The position numbers were made by a program, and so were the translations under genes. DNA of 64,000 nt, taken from positions 214,272,001 through 214,336,000 of the forward strand of contig OZ024742.1 of assembly GCA_964016885.1 (NCBI GenBank), read 5' to 3'. The notes under the pieces are model-generated. The model worked only from the letters and a program-made list of their open reading frames with translations, ran no database searches and was not told the origin of the DNA. The DNA comes from Eledone cirrhosa (taxonomy: Eukaryota). Positions within the stretch are counted from its first letter, which is position 1. The number at the start of each line of letters is the position of its first letter. Below are positions 14,493-29,372 of the stretch, one piece after another.

Positions 14493-14989
14493 ACAACAGC
14501 AACAAGAACAACAAGAACAACAACAACAGCAACAACACCATTATCTGCAGCAGCAGCATTAGTGAAATGAACAACAACAACGGCAAGAGCAACAACAACA
14601 ACAACAACGACAGTGACGACAACAACAACAACAACAATTGCTATCACCATCACTGATACTATCCACCACCACCACCATGACCAACGATCAGGCCTTAAGA
14701 AGAAGAAAAGCAACTATAATACTAAACAACTATTCTGTTCTTGGCACGGGGCAGCGAATGCCCCAGCGCATTTCTGGTGCCTTATTTTGGGCCTGGAGCG
14801 TGGAGGGCCGTTGCTCTATGCTGTAAAGCAAACAATTATTATTATTATATAAAAACTGAACTGTAAAAGTCAACAGTTGACATGATCTTATATCAGTACT
14901 GACGGTAATATATGTATGTGTGTGTGTACCCTGAGTGTCAATAAGTGGTGTTTTTTTTTGTTGTTATGACCATGTTGTAAAATGGAGGG

Positions 14990-17900
14990 GTAGAGAGGGC
15001 CCATGAGTCCAGTAAGACATCCTCTCTAGTGCTGGTGGCACGAATAAAAACACCCAGTCCATGCTGTAAAGTGGCACTGGTGTTACAAAGGGCATCCAAC
15101 CAGTGTATCAATGCCAAAACAATTTTAAGAACAGCAACAAATATTTAGGAACAACAAAAATATGAAGAAAGACGTCGCATCTCAGAGTTGCAACACTTAA
15201 TCTTGGCACTCTCAGAGGTAGATCTGGTGAAATAGTAGAGATGCTGGAGAGAAGGCATGTGCATGTGTGCTGCGTGCAAGAGGGGAGATGGAGAGGTGCC
15301 TCTGCGAGACTAGTCGCAGGCAAACATCTTAGCTATAACTTTGCTGGGTAGGTAATGATGATGGGTTAAGGGGAGTAGGCATTTTCGTGGCTGAGAGATG
15401 GATCAATAAGACAATAGAGGTAGTTCCAGTTAATATTCGAATAATTAAGCTTAGATTGGTTGTAGGCAGGAGACTACTGACAATCATCTCTGCCTATGCT
15501 CCCCAAGCAGGCCTAGGCAAAGAGGAGAAAGACTGCTTTTACGAGCAACTTTTACAAACAGTCGCAATGACAGAGTACGGAGACATCGTTATGCTAGCAG
15601 GGGACTTCAATGGTCATGTTGGACAGCTCCAGGATGGTTACACTGGGGTACATGGTGGGCACGGTTACGGCTCAAGAAATGAAGGAGTGAAACTTTTTGA
15701 ATTTTGTGATGTAAGTACACTGACTATTAATAACCTACAAATCAGACGAGCACATAAGCCAGATTGACTTCTTACTAGTTAGGCAGCGGGACAGGCAGAT
15801 GGTGTCAAATACAAAGGCATACACTGGGCAAGAATGTACCCCACAGCATAGGTTAATCGTTAGTGATATCTCAGTAAGCAAGAGATGGAATGAGACATAC
15901 AGGAAGGTGTGGAGAAGAAAGGTCTGGAAGCTAAAATACCTTTCACTAAAATACAAATTTAGGAAAGCCCTTCAAGATGTGTATGACGAAAAAGAAGACG
16001 ATTTAGAGTCATATGACATAGATAATAACTGGAATTTCTTACGTGACAACTTACTGCAGGCTACTGATAAAACTTGTGGCTGGAGCAGAGCTCCAACCAG
16101 ACAGAGAGTGACCTGATGGTGGACCAGCACAGTATATAGGGCCATTAGAGACAAAAGACTAGCATGGAATGCTTGGAAAAAGGGTGGGAGTAGAGAAGGA
16201 TATACAGCCGCTAAGCGAGAAGCTAGACGTCAGGTGTACTTAGCACGCAGGGAGGTTGAGAGTAGGAGGTTTGCCAATGTTCTGCGACGGGAAGATCAGA
16301 GGTGTGCGGTGTTCCACAATGCAAGGCAGTGTGTCAATGCAAATCAGGAAGTTGTTGGAGATAAATGTGTCCGGAATGATGCCGGTGTACTTAGTGTCAC
16401 GAATGATCAGAAAACGGAGGCCTGGAAATGTCATTATGAGAGACTGATGAATGTGGAGAACGAATGGGAGAGAGAGAAGTTACCCTCAGTAGATCCGACA
16501 GAGGGACCAGCTATTGAGATTGACGAATATAGAGTCCAAAAGGCGATTAAGGAAATGAAAAATGGTAAGGCTGGTGGACCGTCGGGGATAGTTGCTGAGA
16601 TGTTGAAGGCATCATTGGACGTAGGCACTAACCTAGTTGCATGCATCATCAATCAGGCTATATATGGTGGTGTCATAACCAAAGACTGGTGCAGCAGTAT
16701 TCTCATAAATTGCTACAAAGGTAAAGGGGATGCTTCGGAGAGGAGCAATTATAGGGGGGGGGGTATAAAACTGATGGATCAGGTTATGAACATGGCAGAA
16801 AGGATATTAGCACAACTAACTAGAGAAAGGGTCAAGCTAGATGAGATGCAGTTTGGTTTTGTGCCTGGGAAAAGTACAACATATGCCCTATCTTGGTGAG
16901 ACAATTACAAGAGAGGTTCTTAGAGAAGAATAAGCCACTATACTTAGCCTTTGTTGACCTAGAGAAGGCCTTTGACGGGGTACTCCTAGCTGTTCTCTGG
17001 TGGTCCCTAAGGAAACTAGGTGTTGAGGAATGGCTTGTGAGGACAGGGCAAACTTTGTACAGAGGTGCTGTCAGTAAAGTGAGAGTAGGAATGGAGTTTA
17101 GTGAGGAATTCCAGATACAAGTAGGAGTACATCAAGTTTCGGTCTTCAGCCCGCTCTTGTTCATTATAGTCCTCCAAGCCATAACAGAGGAGTATAAGAC
17201 TGGCTGTCCATGGGAACTTCTCTATGCTGACGATCTGGTTCTTATAGCAGAATCAGTAGAGGAGCTAGAGAATAAATTCTGGCTATGGAAACAGCAGTTG
17301 TAAGCAAGAGGACTGAGATTGAACCTAGCTAAGACAAAAGTGTTGATGAGTAGAAAAGAGGACAAAACTCTGATTCCGTCAGGGAAATGGCCATGTTCGA
17401 TATGCAGAAAAGGAACTGGCTTGAATTCTATAAAATGCACACAATGCAGATCCTGGGTACACAAGTGATGTAATGGGATAGCAGACAAAATTACACGTAG
17501 GGAGAAATACGTATGCAGTAGAAGTACAAGGAAATTAGACAGTAGAAGTCGCATTGATAGACACATTTTTTCAAATGCAGGCGGGTGCTATAGAAGTGGT
17601 GGATAGCTTCCGGTAACTAGGAGTTCAGATTAGCATTGAAGGGGGTGGGGTGTTCCGATGCCATGTTATCTAGAATAAGGACGGTTTGGGATAAGTTTAG
17701 GGAGCTGTTTCCTCTGCTGACGAATAAGGGTTCCTCCCTGCGTACGAAAGGCTGGTTATATGATGACTGTGTGAGGAGCGGGATGCTGCATGGTAGTGCG
17801 ACGGCTGGAGAGAAATGAGGCAAGCATGCTCCGTTGGATGTGCGTGAACACACCCAGCATGGATGTGTTGAGAGAGAAACTGTCTGAGAGGCATAGAATG

Positions 17901-18181
17901 TAGTGTGCGAGAGAAGAGACTGCGGTTGTATGGACATGTGATGCGCATGGAGGATGACCGATGGGTGAAGAAGTGCCAGGAAATCCAGTTGAAGGAAGAC
18001 GTGGTAGAAGTAGACCACGGAAAACATGGGCGGAGGTGGTGAGAACAGGCCTCAGATCGCTGAAGCTGACGGTGGAGATGACGAAGGACCGTGACAAGTG
18101 GAAAGATGTTGCGCTGAATAAGACCCTTCCGACCCTTGCAAGCAAGGAAAAGCGGACGTAAAATGATGATGATGATGATGA

Positions 18182-18184
<3 letters not shown>
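14990..18184 (+). mobile_element. RTE-clade LINE (APE, RT with embedded Cys/His finger), near full length, decayed; (GAT)n tail
   Basis: RVATLNLGTL..VQE, AYAPQ, GDFNGHVG, KAGGPSG, FVDLEKAFD, LLYADDL and RGRSRPRKTW motifs; ends CGGACGTAAAATGATGATG. Confidence 0.9.
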
Positions 18185-18249
<65 letters not shown>

Positions 18250-18728
18250 AAAATAACGGACCAAAGGACTCGCGTATAATCCTGTAATTAAATGAGCTCA
18301 AAGGAAAGAGTTCCTGGGCACTTTAAAATACAATATAGAGAGGGGGAAGACACAGAAGAGTGTGTTTTTCATTACGGGAATTCAAACCACCAGCGTTAAG
18401 AGAATAGAAGCTACTAGAGGCATTGGTAAAACATTAAAATTAAAAGTATAAATTGATGAGAAACCATCCTCACCTAAATCACACATGTTCACACTCACCA
18501 GGAGCGTATAGCCCTGTAATTAAATGAGCTCAAAGGAAATAGTTTTCCTGGGCACTTTAAATACAATATATAGAGGGGAAAGACACAGAAGAGTGTGTTA
18601 TTTCAATTTATACTTTTAATTTTAATGTTTTACCAATGCCTCTAGCAGCTTATATTCTCTTCACGCTAGTGGTTTGAAATTCCTGTAATGAAAAACACCC
18701 TCTTCTGTGTCTTTCCCTTCTATATATT
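18250..18728. repeat. Partial tandem plus inverted duplication (Penelope-like end architecture), family P2
   Basis: 18281-18368 is repeated at 18513-18599; 18603-18728 is the reverse complement of about 18333-18456; related to 32780-33025 and 33360-33465. Confidence 0.7.
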
Positions 18729-18729
18729 A

Positions 18730-18818
<89 letters not shown>

Positions 18819-18828
18819 TTATATACAT

Positions 18829-18873
<45 letters not shown>

Positions 18874-18875
18874 TT

Positions 18876-18941
<66 letters not shown>

Positions 18942-18948
18942 TATACAT

Positions 18949-18979
<31 letters not shown>

Positions 18980-18991
18980 CACACACACATT

Positions 18992-19058
<67 letters not shown>

Positions 19059-19066
19059 TTATACAT

Positions 19067-19129
<63 letters not shown>

Positions 19130-19145
19130 CGTGCGCGTGTGTGTA
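18730..19145. repeat. Compound (TA)n/(CA)n microsatellite with higher-order unit of about 120 bp
   Basis: A TA-run/ACATACACACACACAC block recurs three times. Confidence 0.8.
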
Positions 19146-20022
19146 TGATAAAGGCAAACTGATATAACAGAGCAGACGACATAGTTTGTGTTGTGTTTTA
19201 TCTATGTTTTATTTTAGGACTGAAGTCGTTCTCCAGGAAAGTTGAGAGAGGGTGAGAAGAGGAAGGTACACGACAGATAGCTTGGGGGTGGAAGGTGAGG
19301 GATCCGGCATTCGGAAATGGGGGTCGAAGTGGACGACGCAGGTGGGTCATGGGTGTGGTTGTGTCTGGGTCGAGGAATGAAACTGGTTATGTGTGCATTA
19401 TTGCTTCAGTTTGTGTGAGTGCGTGAACACATGGGTGTCTCTGTGTTATATATATCGTTGGTGTGTGGACACTCTGTGTATGTGTTTGTATATGTCTGTG
19501 AGATCTTTGTATTTGTGCATGTGTGTATATGTGGGTATGTGCGTGCATGTGTATGTGATTTTTTTCTATTGTTTCTATGTAAGTGAGAGGATTTGTATCT
19601 TCACGTGTGTGTCGGATGAGTGACTGTACATGCGTCATTGCGCATGTGTGTTTATGTGACTTTTTATATTTTTCTATGTCTGTGAACGTGTACGTTTGTG
19701 TGTGTATATATTTTCACCTGTGTGGATATTATCACATATGGGTCACATCAGTGTATGTATATGTCTCCATATGTGTGCGTATATTTATGTATGGGTATGT
19801 CTATGTGTGTGTCGTGTGTAGCTGTATTTTCATGAGTGTGTATATATTGCTCCACGTCTGTGTTTGTGTCATTGTTTATTGTGCATGTGTGTGATGGTGA
19901 ATGTGTGTATGTTTATGTATGGTTATCTGTTTATGTATGGTTATGTCTGTGCTTGTATCAGAATATCCACGTGTAATCCGGTGTCCAGAACGATGTATAT
20001 ATATATATATATATATTAATAA

Positions 20023-20178
20023 TTGTTTCTACTTTAGGCACAAGGCCAGCAATTACCTAGTGCATTACTGGTACTTTATTTTATCGACCCCGTAAGGATG
20101 AAAGGCAAAGTCAACCTCGGTGGGATTTGAACTTAGATCGTAAAAGGACGTAACTATGCTGGAAAGCATGGCGTCCGA
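20023..20178 (-). mobile_element. SINE S1, 5'-truncated
   Basis: Reverse complement of the S1 body. Confidence 0.9.
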
Positions 20179-20408
20179 TTAATAATTTTATTTAATCAAA
20201 ATCTTTGTATAAAAGATATTGTTTTCGTGCAATTTTGAAAATGTATTACTTATTTTATAACTTTGCTTCACAGAGACGTACTGGCAATTTATTTCAGAAA
20301 ATATCTTTGAATCATTTGAAATTTATGTCCCGAAATGTACTCCATTAGACAGCAATTTCATCTGTACATATAGCAGTTACATACATAGGTATATACATAC
20401 ATGAGTAT

Positions 20409-20444
<36 letters not shown>

Positions 20445-20687
20445 GCCCCCCCAGCCCCCCCCCCATATATATATATATATATAAACGCACCAATAGTAAT
20501 ATACACACATACACGTCTAGCTAACTATTATAAATGATGATTTACTAACCTCTGAGCAATTTCTGTGGATAGAATTAAAGAACGTTTGTTTGAAATATCA
20601 GTTCGCATGAATTTATTTTATATTCCGTTTGAAAGCTATTGCAATACGCATAAAAAATATAATGATTACACACACACACACACGCAG

Positions 20688-20748
<61 letters not shown>

Positions 20749-20791
20749 TAGATAGATAGTTATTTATATATTTGTTATGTGCTATATATTG

Positions 20792-20849
<58 letters not shown>

Positions 20850-21093
20850 TTATAATATAAATTTATAATATATAATATATATTTATAATATATATATATA
20901 TATATAGAGAGAGAGAAAGTGAAAGAGAGGGGAAGAGTGACAGAGAGAGAAGGAATAAGGGGAGAGTGAAAGAGAGAGAAGGAATAGGGAGATATCAAGG
21001 AGAGACAATGCTGTGAACTCACAGTGCGTATAAATGTCATATGAATGCTTATGTTTGTAAATATCCTTTGATATATTCTTAAATATATGTATG

Positions 21094-21152
<59 letters not shown>

Positions 21153-22651
21153 GTGTGTGTTTGTGTGTGTGAGTACAACTGGCTCTCTAAGTATACAGGC
21201 GTATCTCTGTGTTCATGTCTACGCGTTCCTGTTTGTATCCATGTATACAATAAATAATATACGAGGCAATAAAGAACTCTTTCTCTGGCTGTTATATATT
21301 TTATTACGTATTAAATTCAATACATTCTGAAATTGAAACCGTTTTCCATAAAACTCTTAAAACAGATGGGTTTGTTGATTAAGTTTTGTAATTCCTCGTA
21401 AAACTGTCAAGCTGCATTACTTCTTTCCTCTCATAGAAATATTGTTCATATTTGTTTCAATGTTGGGCAGTTTTTGAAATTGGAAAAACAAAAATCTGCA
21501 GTTACTTCCTTGTATAATCCTCGCACTTATTCCCCTACCTTTCTAATATGTCTATAGAAGAATTGGAGGTATCTCACCGAACGAAAGGATGTCAAATATT
21601 TCTATAAAACAACGGAAATATCATTTGTTGTTATCTGCGATAGTTAACACTTGTTAGTGATAGATTAATCAAATTTTATTAACAGTTATTAGGTCCTATA
21701 TCTTAGAAAATATTAACCTTTCTGCCAATGGCCCTCCTTCAAACAGCAGCCAAAAGGCCATTAAAAATTATAATCATAAAATATGTTGAATACATATAAT
21801 ATTTGATATACTATATCTTTGCGTCAAATGGCAATATTGATTTGACAATAATTGCTCGTGTGATTTTACGATTAAAAAAAGGTTAAAGATTGTGTTGAGT
21901 AAATATAATGACTACGAAAGAGTCACATATTGAAATGAAGGATTATGATACCGTCACATACATTTAATGCTTCATTAAAAATACCTCACGAGACATGTTG
22001 TATGTAGGTGTAAGAATACACCACTAGGTTTACAATGTTTTGCGCATAATTTATCATTCGTGAAACATGAAAATTAATATGACACAGGACCAGAAAATTC
22101 TATCCATCACAGCGGCTATCAAGGGAAATGTCATATATACACCTTGAGTAAATATGTGATACATAAAACATGTTATTTAGTAATAGGAGATTTCTTCAGT
22201 TATGTTTATTATCCAATGTAATAATCCATTGCTGTGCTATATTTGTTTTTACTATATACTACCTATTAAGTTCAGAGATTTTGTATTTGAATGAGATAGA
22301 AATTTAAGGTTTTTGAAATCGGCGAATCTGATACCATGAACAACATCCTGTTCACATGCAGTTCGATGCATACATAAATACACATGTACACATATACATA
22401 TACACACAACCATAATTTTCACAAGCTGTTTTTTCTTTTATCGTAGTTTAAAAATTAACCAATTTAATACACTGATTGTTTATTTCGGAGATATTTTAAA
22501 TAAGGCGGAATCTCATTTGTTAGAATTTTCTGATAGATTATTCATATTCAGCGGTATCTTTCAACGGACATTTAGTTTTAACAATATCGGAAAATAATTT
22601 CTCCTCTTTCGAGTGCTTATCCTTATTTTTAAACCTAATGTTTTAAAATAA

Positions 22652-22839
22652 CTGTTTCTATTTTAGGCACAAGGCCAGCAACGACCCAGTACATTACTGG
22701 TACTTTATTTTATAGACCTCCTAAGGATGAAAGGCAAAGTTAACCTCGGCGGGATTTGAACTCAGATCATAAAGGGACGTAACTCTATGCTTCAAAGCAT
22801 GGTGTCCGACACTCTACCGGTACTGCCAATCCGCCGACC
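22652..22839 (-). mobile_element. SINE S1
   Basis: Full-length reverse complement of S1. Confidence 0.9.
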
Positions 22840-23101
22840 TTATGTTTTAAAGTAACGATATAGCAACAACCACAACAATTCCATTTCATTTTTTAAATGC
22901 CACAAATAGCATATGTAATGCTGGTTTATTCAATGTCAACTCCATATTATTGACAACAAAGTGTGATTTAAATTGATTGACCGGGTACTTCTAGAACCGC
23001 AAGCATTCAGATACAGGTTCATTGACTGTTTCAAATATAATACAGGTAGTTGTAGCTGAGCACACAACTCAAAGACATCAGCGTGCAAAAGAAAGTATAT
23101 A

Positions 23102-24236
23102 CAGGGTTGCTCAGTTCTTTTAAAACATGTCTTTTCCTAGCCCTACCTTTTTTTCTAAGTTGGTCAGATTATTATTTCTTTTCAGATAAATAGTGACAGA
23201 TATCAAGCTATCTCAGCAAATAAAAAGGGACCCTGTAATCTTAGCTTTATGGGCAGAGCATAAGGATTGAGAGATTGCTCGTTTTCTGAAAGTTGTATGG
23301 TCGATTGTTGTCAAAGTTCGCAAAGTGTTGGAAGCCGATGTTGGGAATTATACAACAGTAAAACATCTATTGCAGCACCTAATACTACCAGCACAAATGT
23401 GTATGAAATGTGCAGAAATTAGCCATAAGATCCTCAGAAAATCTATTCGCGCCATTGCTAATGGGTTCAATGTTTCAAAGCACACTATCAGAAGAAGTGT
23501 GCATGAGGATATTTGATACAAGTCATAAGGGGTCAGGCTAATTTATGGTCCATGCAAGATGACACATCAAAGCCTAGAATGTTTTGGTTTATCTCTTTGA
23601 TCAGGACCAACGGTTCATCGAAGGAATGAGAGTTGGCTATAGAGAAATTTTAAAGACGTTCCAACGCTGATGCACACAAATGCCAGGCAACTGGGAGGGT
23701 CCAGCGAGTACTGAGCAACATGGTAGATGCCATACCACCTCACATTTTTTCCCAAGGAATAAGAACCATTGCCACTGGCTATAGGTAGTTGTTTGAGAGA
23801 GTTGCGAGGCCTTTGATAGAAAGTGTAAGAAAAAGAATACCGTACAATATTCTGCGCTGTCTCAGAAGCCAAGTCGACCCAAGAATGGATGAGTTGCAAT
23901 ACCCAAGGTCACATCACATCTGAATTCGTTTGATTACTAGGAGTGAGGCGAATTCGAGAAAGAAAATAAGCAAAGCGTCCATAACACTATAAATTCTTTG
24001 AAATCCGCCATAACTAGCACAATGTCTGAAATCGATTATCTCATTCGGACATGACAACATTTCAGATCTCGTATTGATGCAATCATTGATGCTAACGGTT
24101 GATTCATTGAGTACGTAAATAGATGTACCAGGAAGTGTCTAAAGATTATTCATTCTACATCTGCCTCAAATAAACATCTTCTTTCATGACCTATGCATCG
24201 TTTAGAAAATGCATACAAATGCACTGAGCAGCCCTG
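23102..24236 (+). mobile_element. Tc1/mariner-superfamily DNA transposon fossil
   Basis: TIRs CAGGGTTGCTCAGT (23102) and ACTGAGCAGCCCTG (24223) match 13/14; TA on the left flank; HTH-like remnants EIARFLKV and SIRAIANGFNVSKHTIRRSVHEDI. Confidence 0.75.
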
Positions 24237-24587
24237 ATAAAGTACCGGTATAAATTGTATATTATTGATGAGATACACAATTCCATGGTTGTAGAAATAT
24301 CAAGTACCTAATAACACATGTATATATACACATATGCTTACATACATACACACATACATACATATACGCCTACATATATATATATACATACATACATGCA
24401 TACATACATTCATACATACATACATACATACATACATACATACAAACTGAAATATACAGTATATACTACTTCTTTTATCCATCATTGCACTTGGAAAATT
24501 CCAAGTTTCTTGGAAAATAATAATTGCAAATCAACATATGTATATCATTTGAAACACGTTAATATACAGTATGCGCGTGTGTGTGTG

Positions 24588-24651
<64 letters not shown>

Positions 24652-25398
24652 TGTGTGTGTGTGTGTGTGGTATGTTATTTTCTTTGACCGGTTACGTAGT
24701 TATTCGGCAAATAGAGTTTGATAATAAGTAATATATTGACATAAGTTCTGGCACCGATATAATTACCTAAAACTTTGAATATGTTAAGCCGTATCACCGC
24801 AAAGCAGTCGAATGATTGAAAAAAAAATCAGTGAAAAATCTCCTTCATTTTTATTGCTATTGAGTATTTGTTGATTGCATATGTATGTAAGTAAACCATG
24901 CATGCATTTCCTTACACGTAAACACGAACAACTCACTATTGTGAGAAACCATATTTCAGAAATGTAGTTGTAATAATTACATATACTAATGTATAGTTAT
25001 CGAAACATGTTTTTTGTGCACATATAACTCAAAATATACAGATCTACACATGTATGCATGTTCACACATGCTTATGTAATATATTGTTATACCGTGGCTT
25101 TCACTTCTGATTATAAATAGATGGCGTCTTAGAAAATGTACAGAATAAAAATTACCGTAGATTGCAATAAACAAAAAGGTTATATAAACATATAATGAAT
25201 GTGTAATTTTGTTCGTACAATATGTAAAGGAGAATTGGAAATTTCAGATTTAGTTAGTGTATTCGTTACATATGTCACAAAAGTATACAATTTCCAAACA
25301 GCGAGTTTAAACTTATGACGACCACTCATCATATAATCATATCTATCAATATATCATTCTCTCTGTATATCTTATGTGTATGCGTGTGTGTTTGTGAG

Positions 25399-25450
<52 letters not shown>

Positions 25451-25474
25451 ATGTGTATATATATATATTTATAT

Positions 25475-28400
25475 GGGGCTCAAAGGAAAGTGATCGCCTC
25501 TCTCACAGCCTCTCCTCTCCAGGTTTTGTGATTGCTGCAGGACTGCTACTTGGCTTTGCCTAGTGGAAAGTTCTTGCTTATGGCCTCTCCAACACTACTG
25601 TGTCCACAGCAGCACCTTCACGTGGTACCCTCTGTTTTCACTGAGCCTGCTGTGTGGCGCGACCGAGTGCTCGGCGGTATAACCAGGTGGGCAGACTGGG
25701 CTCATTAGCCTTGGTTGGCAGCCAGTCTAGGAGACGGAAATACTTTGATTCCAAACCCTCGCGAATCTCGACCTCTTTCCGGCAACTCCTGAAGTCAACC
25801 AGACTCCAAACGTACTGCATTGTATTCCTTTGGAATCACGTCTGGGAGGCCGAGAGGGAGATTCTGACGTCTGGGCAGCCCAGTATCTCCGGATATACCG
25901 CCCAGGCTTGCGCCATGGAGAAACCACTCCAGCGACAGCAAAAGCTGAGATAGCAGTTACGCGTTATAAGTCCGGGTCAATTGGCGTAATGCCGGGGGCT
26001 ACGGGCCGTCTCTAGCGGTTTCGAGGGACCATTGAAGTCCCACTGGTCAGCTACCGCCCGCCTTAAGCTGGGCAGCCCCCGGCCAATAATGGTGCTGACC
26101 CGCCACAGTCTGCCCGCTTCAATGGGTGCTTGAAGCTAGGACAAAATCTGAAGCGCAGACTCTAAACCCTGCACCAGAAAGTAAACAAAAACCGCATACC
26201 CAGCCACCAGTCTTGCGACTGGCCACCTGGAATGTCAGAACCATGTGTCCTGGCATCACAGACGACTTGCGACAGATAAATGACAGCAGAAAAACAGCAG
26301 TCATCAACGCCGAATTGAAAAGACTGAACATTGACATAGCGGCGCTGCAAGGACCAGACTCGCCGCACACGGCATGCTACGGGAGAAGGACTACACCTTC
26401 TGCTGGCAGGGGACCCGCCGAGGAGGTCCGCCAGCACGGCGTCGGGTTCGCCGTGAGGAATGGCTTACTCCCTATGATAGTCCCTCCCTCAAATGGCTCG
26501 GAGCGCGTCCACTCTCTTAGCCTTACAACATCATCGGGGAAGGTAAACATAGTTAGCGTTTATGCATCAACACTCTGCTCTCCTCAAGAAATAAAAGACC
26601 GGTACTATGAGGAGCTCGACGCCACCATCAACCAGATATCAGGGTCGGAGCTCATCTTCCTGCTGGGCGATTTCAACGCAAGGGTGGGATCCGACTGTTG
26701 GGCATGACAAGATCACCTCGGACGCTTTGGCGTAGGAAAGATGAATGGAAATGGCCAGAGATTGTTGAAGCTTTGCTCTTACAGGAAACTCTGTATTTAC
26801 AACACATTCTTCAGGACTAAGCCACAACACCAGGTCCCATGGAGGCACCCAAGGTCTGGACACTGGCACCAGCTAGATATGATCATCGCCAGGCAAGACC
26901 ACCTCGTCAGTGTGCTTCTCACGCGCAGCTTCCACAGTGCTGAATGTGATACATACCACTCCCTGATGTGCAGTAGGGTGCGACTGGAGCCAAAGAAGAT
27001 CCACCATACTGGAGGGAAAAGCCGCCCACGCGTCAACGCAGCCAGGGCAACCAACACAGAGCTTCGCTCAGAATTTACCAACTGCATGGAGGAGGCCCTG
27101 GTCAACTATAAGCGCGACCAGTCGGACAAGAACCTAGCTACTCTGAGAACAGCCAGGAGCGACGCCCAAAGGATGGCCAGACGATGCGTCAACACCTACT
27201 GGCAGAACCTAGGCCGGAACATCCAAGTCCTGTGCTGACAGTGGTAACGTGCAAGGGTTGCACGAGGGGATGAAGAAAGCTTTCGGGCCCACTGCCAGCA
27301 AGATTACCCCACTGAAGTCCAAGGATGGCGAAGTCATTAAAGACCGACCAAAGCAGATGGAGAGGTGGGCCGAGCATTACCAGAACCTCTACTCCATTGA
27401 GAATGTGGTCACCAAGTCTTCCCTCGCTGGCATTTCTGCTTTGCCTGTCATGGAGGAGCTTGACATGCCCCCGACAAGGGTGGAACTGAGCAGAGCTATC
27501 GACTCACTCGCTCGGGGCAGGGCACCAGGCTAAGACTCCATCCCTGCGGAAGTCATCCAGCGCCAGAAGCCAGCCTTTCTGGGCCATCTCCACGAGCTGC
27601 TCTGCCAGTGCTGGGAGGAGGGCTCTGTCCCCAAGGACATGCGAGAGGCAAACATTGTCACGCTGTATAAAAACAAGAGGGACAGAAGCAGCTGCAACAA
27701 CTACAGAGGCATATCCCTGCTCAGCACCGTCGATAAGGCATTCACCAGGGTGGTCCTAAAGAGGTTGCAAATACTTGCAGAGCGTGTGTACCCCGAGTCC
27801 CAGTGCGGCTTTAGGGCGGAGAGGTCCACAATCGACATGATCTTCTCACACAAACAACTTCAAGAGAAGAGTCGAGAGCAGAGGCAGCTCCTCTACGTGG
27901 CTTTTGTCGACCTGGCTAAGGCGTTCGACTTAGTCAAAAAAATGGGGGGGGGGTTGCGCTCCTGGGGAGGTTCGGTTGCCCGCCAAAACTGCTGAAACAC
28001 ATCACCTCTTTTCACGACGGTATGCAGGGGCCGGTGCAGTTTGACGGATCACCCTCAGAGTCGTTCCCCATCCAGAGTGGAGTGAAACAGGGTTGCGTTA
28101 TGGCGCCGACGCTCTTCGGAATGTTCTTCTCCCTTGTCCTGTCCTATGCCTTCAGGACGTCCGGCAACGGAGTGTTCCTCCACACCAGGTCTGACGGCGG
28201 GCTGTTCAACCTCGCACGTCTCAGGGCCAAGACCAGAGTACGCCAGGTGTTGATCAGGGAGATCCTTTTTGCTGACGATGCCGCCTTAACCTCCCACACC
28301 CAGCCAGGTCTCCAGAGGCTGGTCAGCTCCCTGGCACTCGCTTGCCAAGAGTTAGGCCTTACCATCAGCCTGAAAAAGACGGAGATCATGGACCAGGACG

Positions 28401-29247
28401 TCGGAGAGGTCCCCAGCATCAGTGTCGGCGACTACGGCTTGCAAGTGGTGAATGAGTTCACTTACCTGGGATCGACAGTCTCCAGCAACCTGTCTATCGA
28501 CCCGGAGCTGAACAGACGGATCGGGACAGCTGCTGCTGCCATGGCTAAGCTCTCCAGGAGAGTGTGGGAAAACAACATGCTCACCATAACCACCAAGACC
28601 GCAGTGTACCGAGCCTGCGTACTGAGCACCCTACTCTACGGCAGCGAGAGCTGGACAACATACGTCCGACAAGAACGCCGCCTCAACAGCTTCCACATGC
28701 GGTGTCTTCGACGGATCCTTGGCATCTCCTGGAAGGACCGGGTACCAAACAGAGACATCTTAAACCAGACAAATATGTACGCCCTCCTCACGTAGAGGCG
28801 ACTGCGCTGGCTCGGGCACGTCCCCCGCATGCAGGGCGGTCACATTCCTAAAGACATCTTGTACGGTGATCTCACAACAGGATCCCGATCCATAGGACGT
28901 CCACAGCTGCGATACAGGGATGTGTGCAAACGCGACCTGAGGACTACGGACATCGGTGTGGACACCTGGGAGGAGACAGCGGCGAGTGCCTGGCGTCGGA
29001 CAGTGAGGAAAGGCGTTTCCACGGCTGAGGAAAGGAGGACGTGGCTGTGGTCAGACAGGCGAGACGAGAGGAAGACCACTGCAGCAACAACCCAGGCGTA
29101 CCCATCGACCTTCACGTGCAGCAACTGTGCCAAAGACTGCCACTCTAGAATTGGGCTGCTCAGTCACAGCAGACGCTGCTTATCATCAAACTAGCCCCCT
29201 CCCCCCTTGGCGCAATCCATTTTCTATCGTGACAGAGGGGAGCCATC
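25475..29247 (+). mobile_element. RTE-BovB-like LINE, near full length, decayed, inserted in (TA)n
   Basis: LATWNVRT, LGDFNARVG, WRHPRSGHWHQLD, NYRGISLLS, QCGFR, GVKQGC, LFADD and FTYLGS motifs; terminal C2H2 finger CSNCAKDCHSRIGLLSHSRRC. Confidence 0.93.
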
Positions 29248-29251
29248 ATAT

Positions 29252-29363
<112 letters not shown>

Positions 29364-29372
29364 AAATATATA

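Noticed and set aside
25475-26120. HDV-like ribozyme in the RTE 5' UTR (also considered for the Dong 5' end near 45140-45360)
   Set aside because: Expected from related elements, but I could not fit the nested double pseudoknot by eye; needs a descriptor search.
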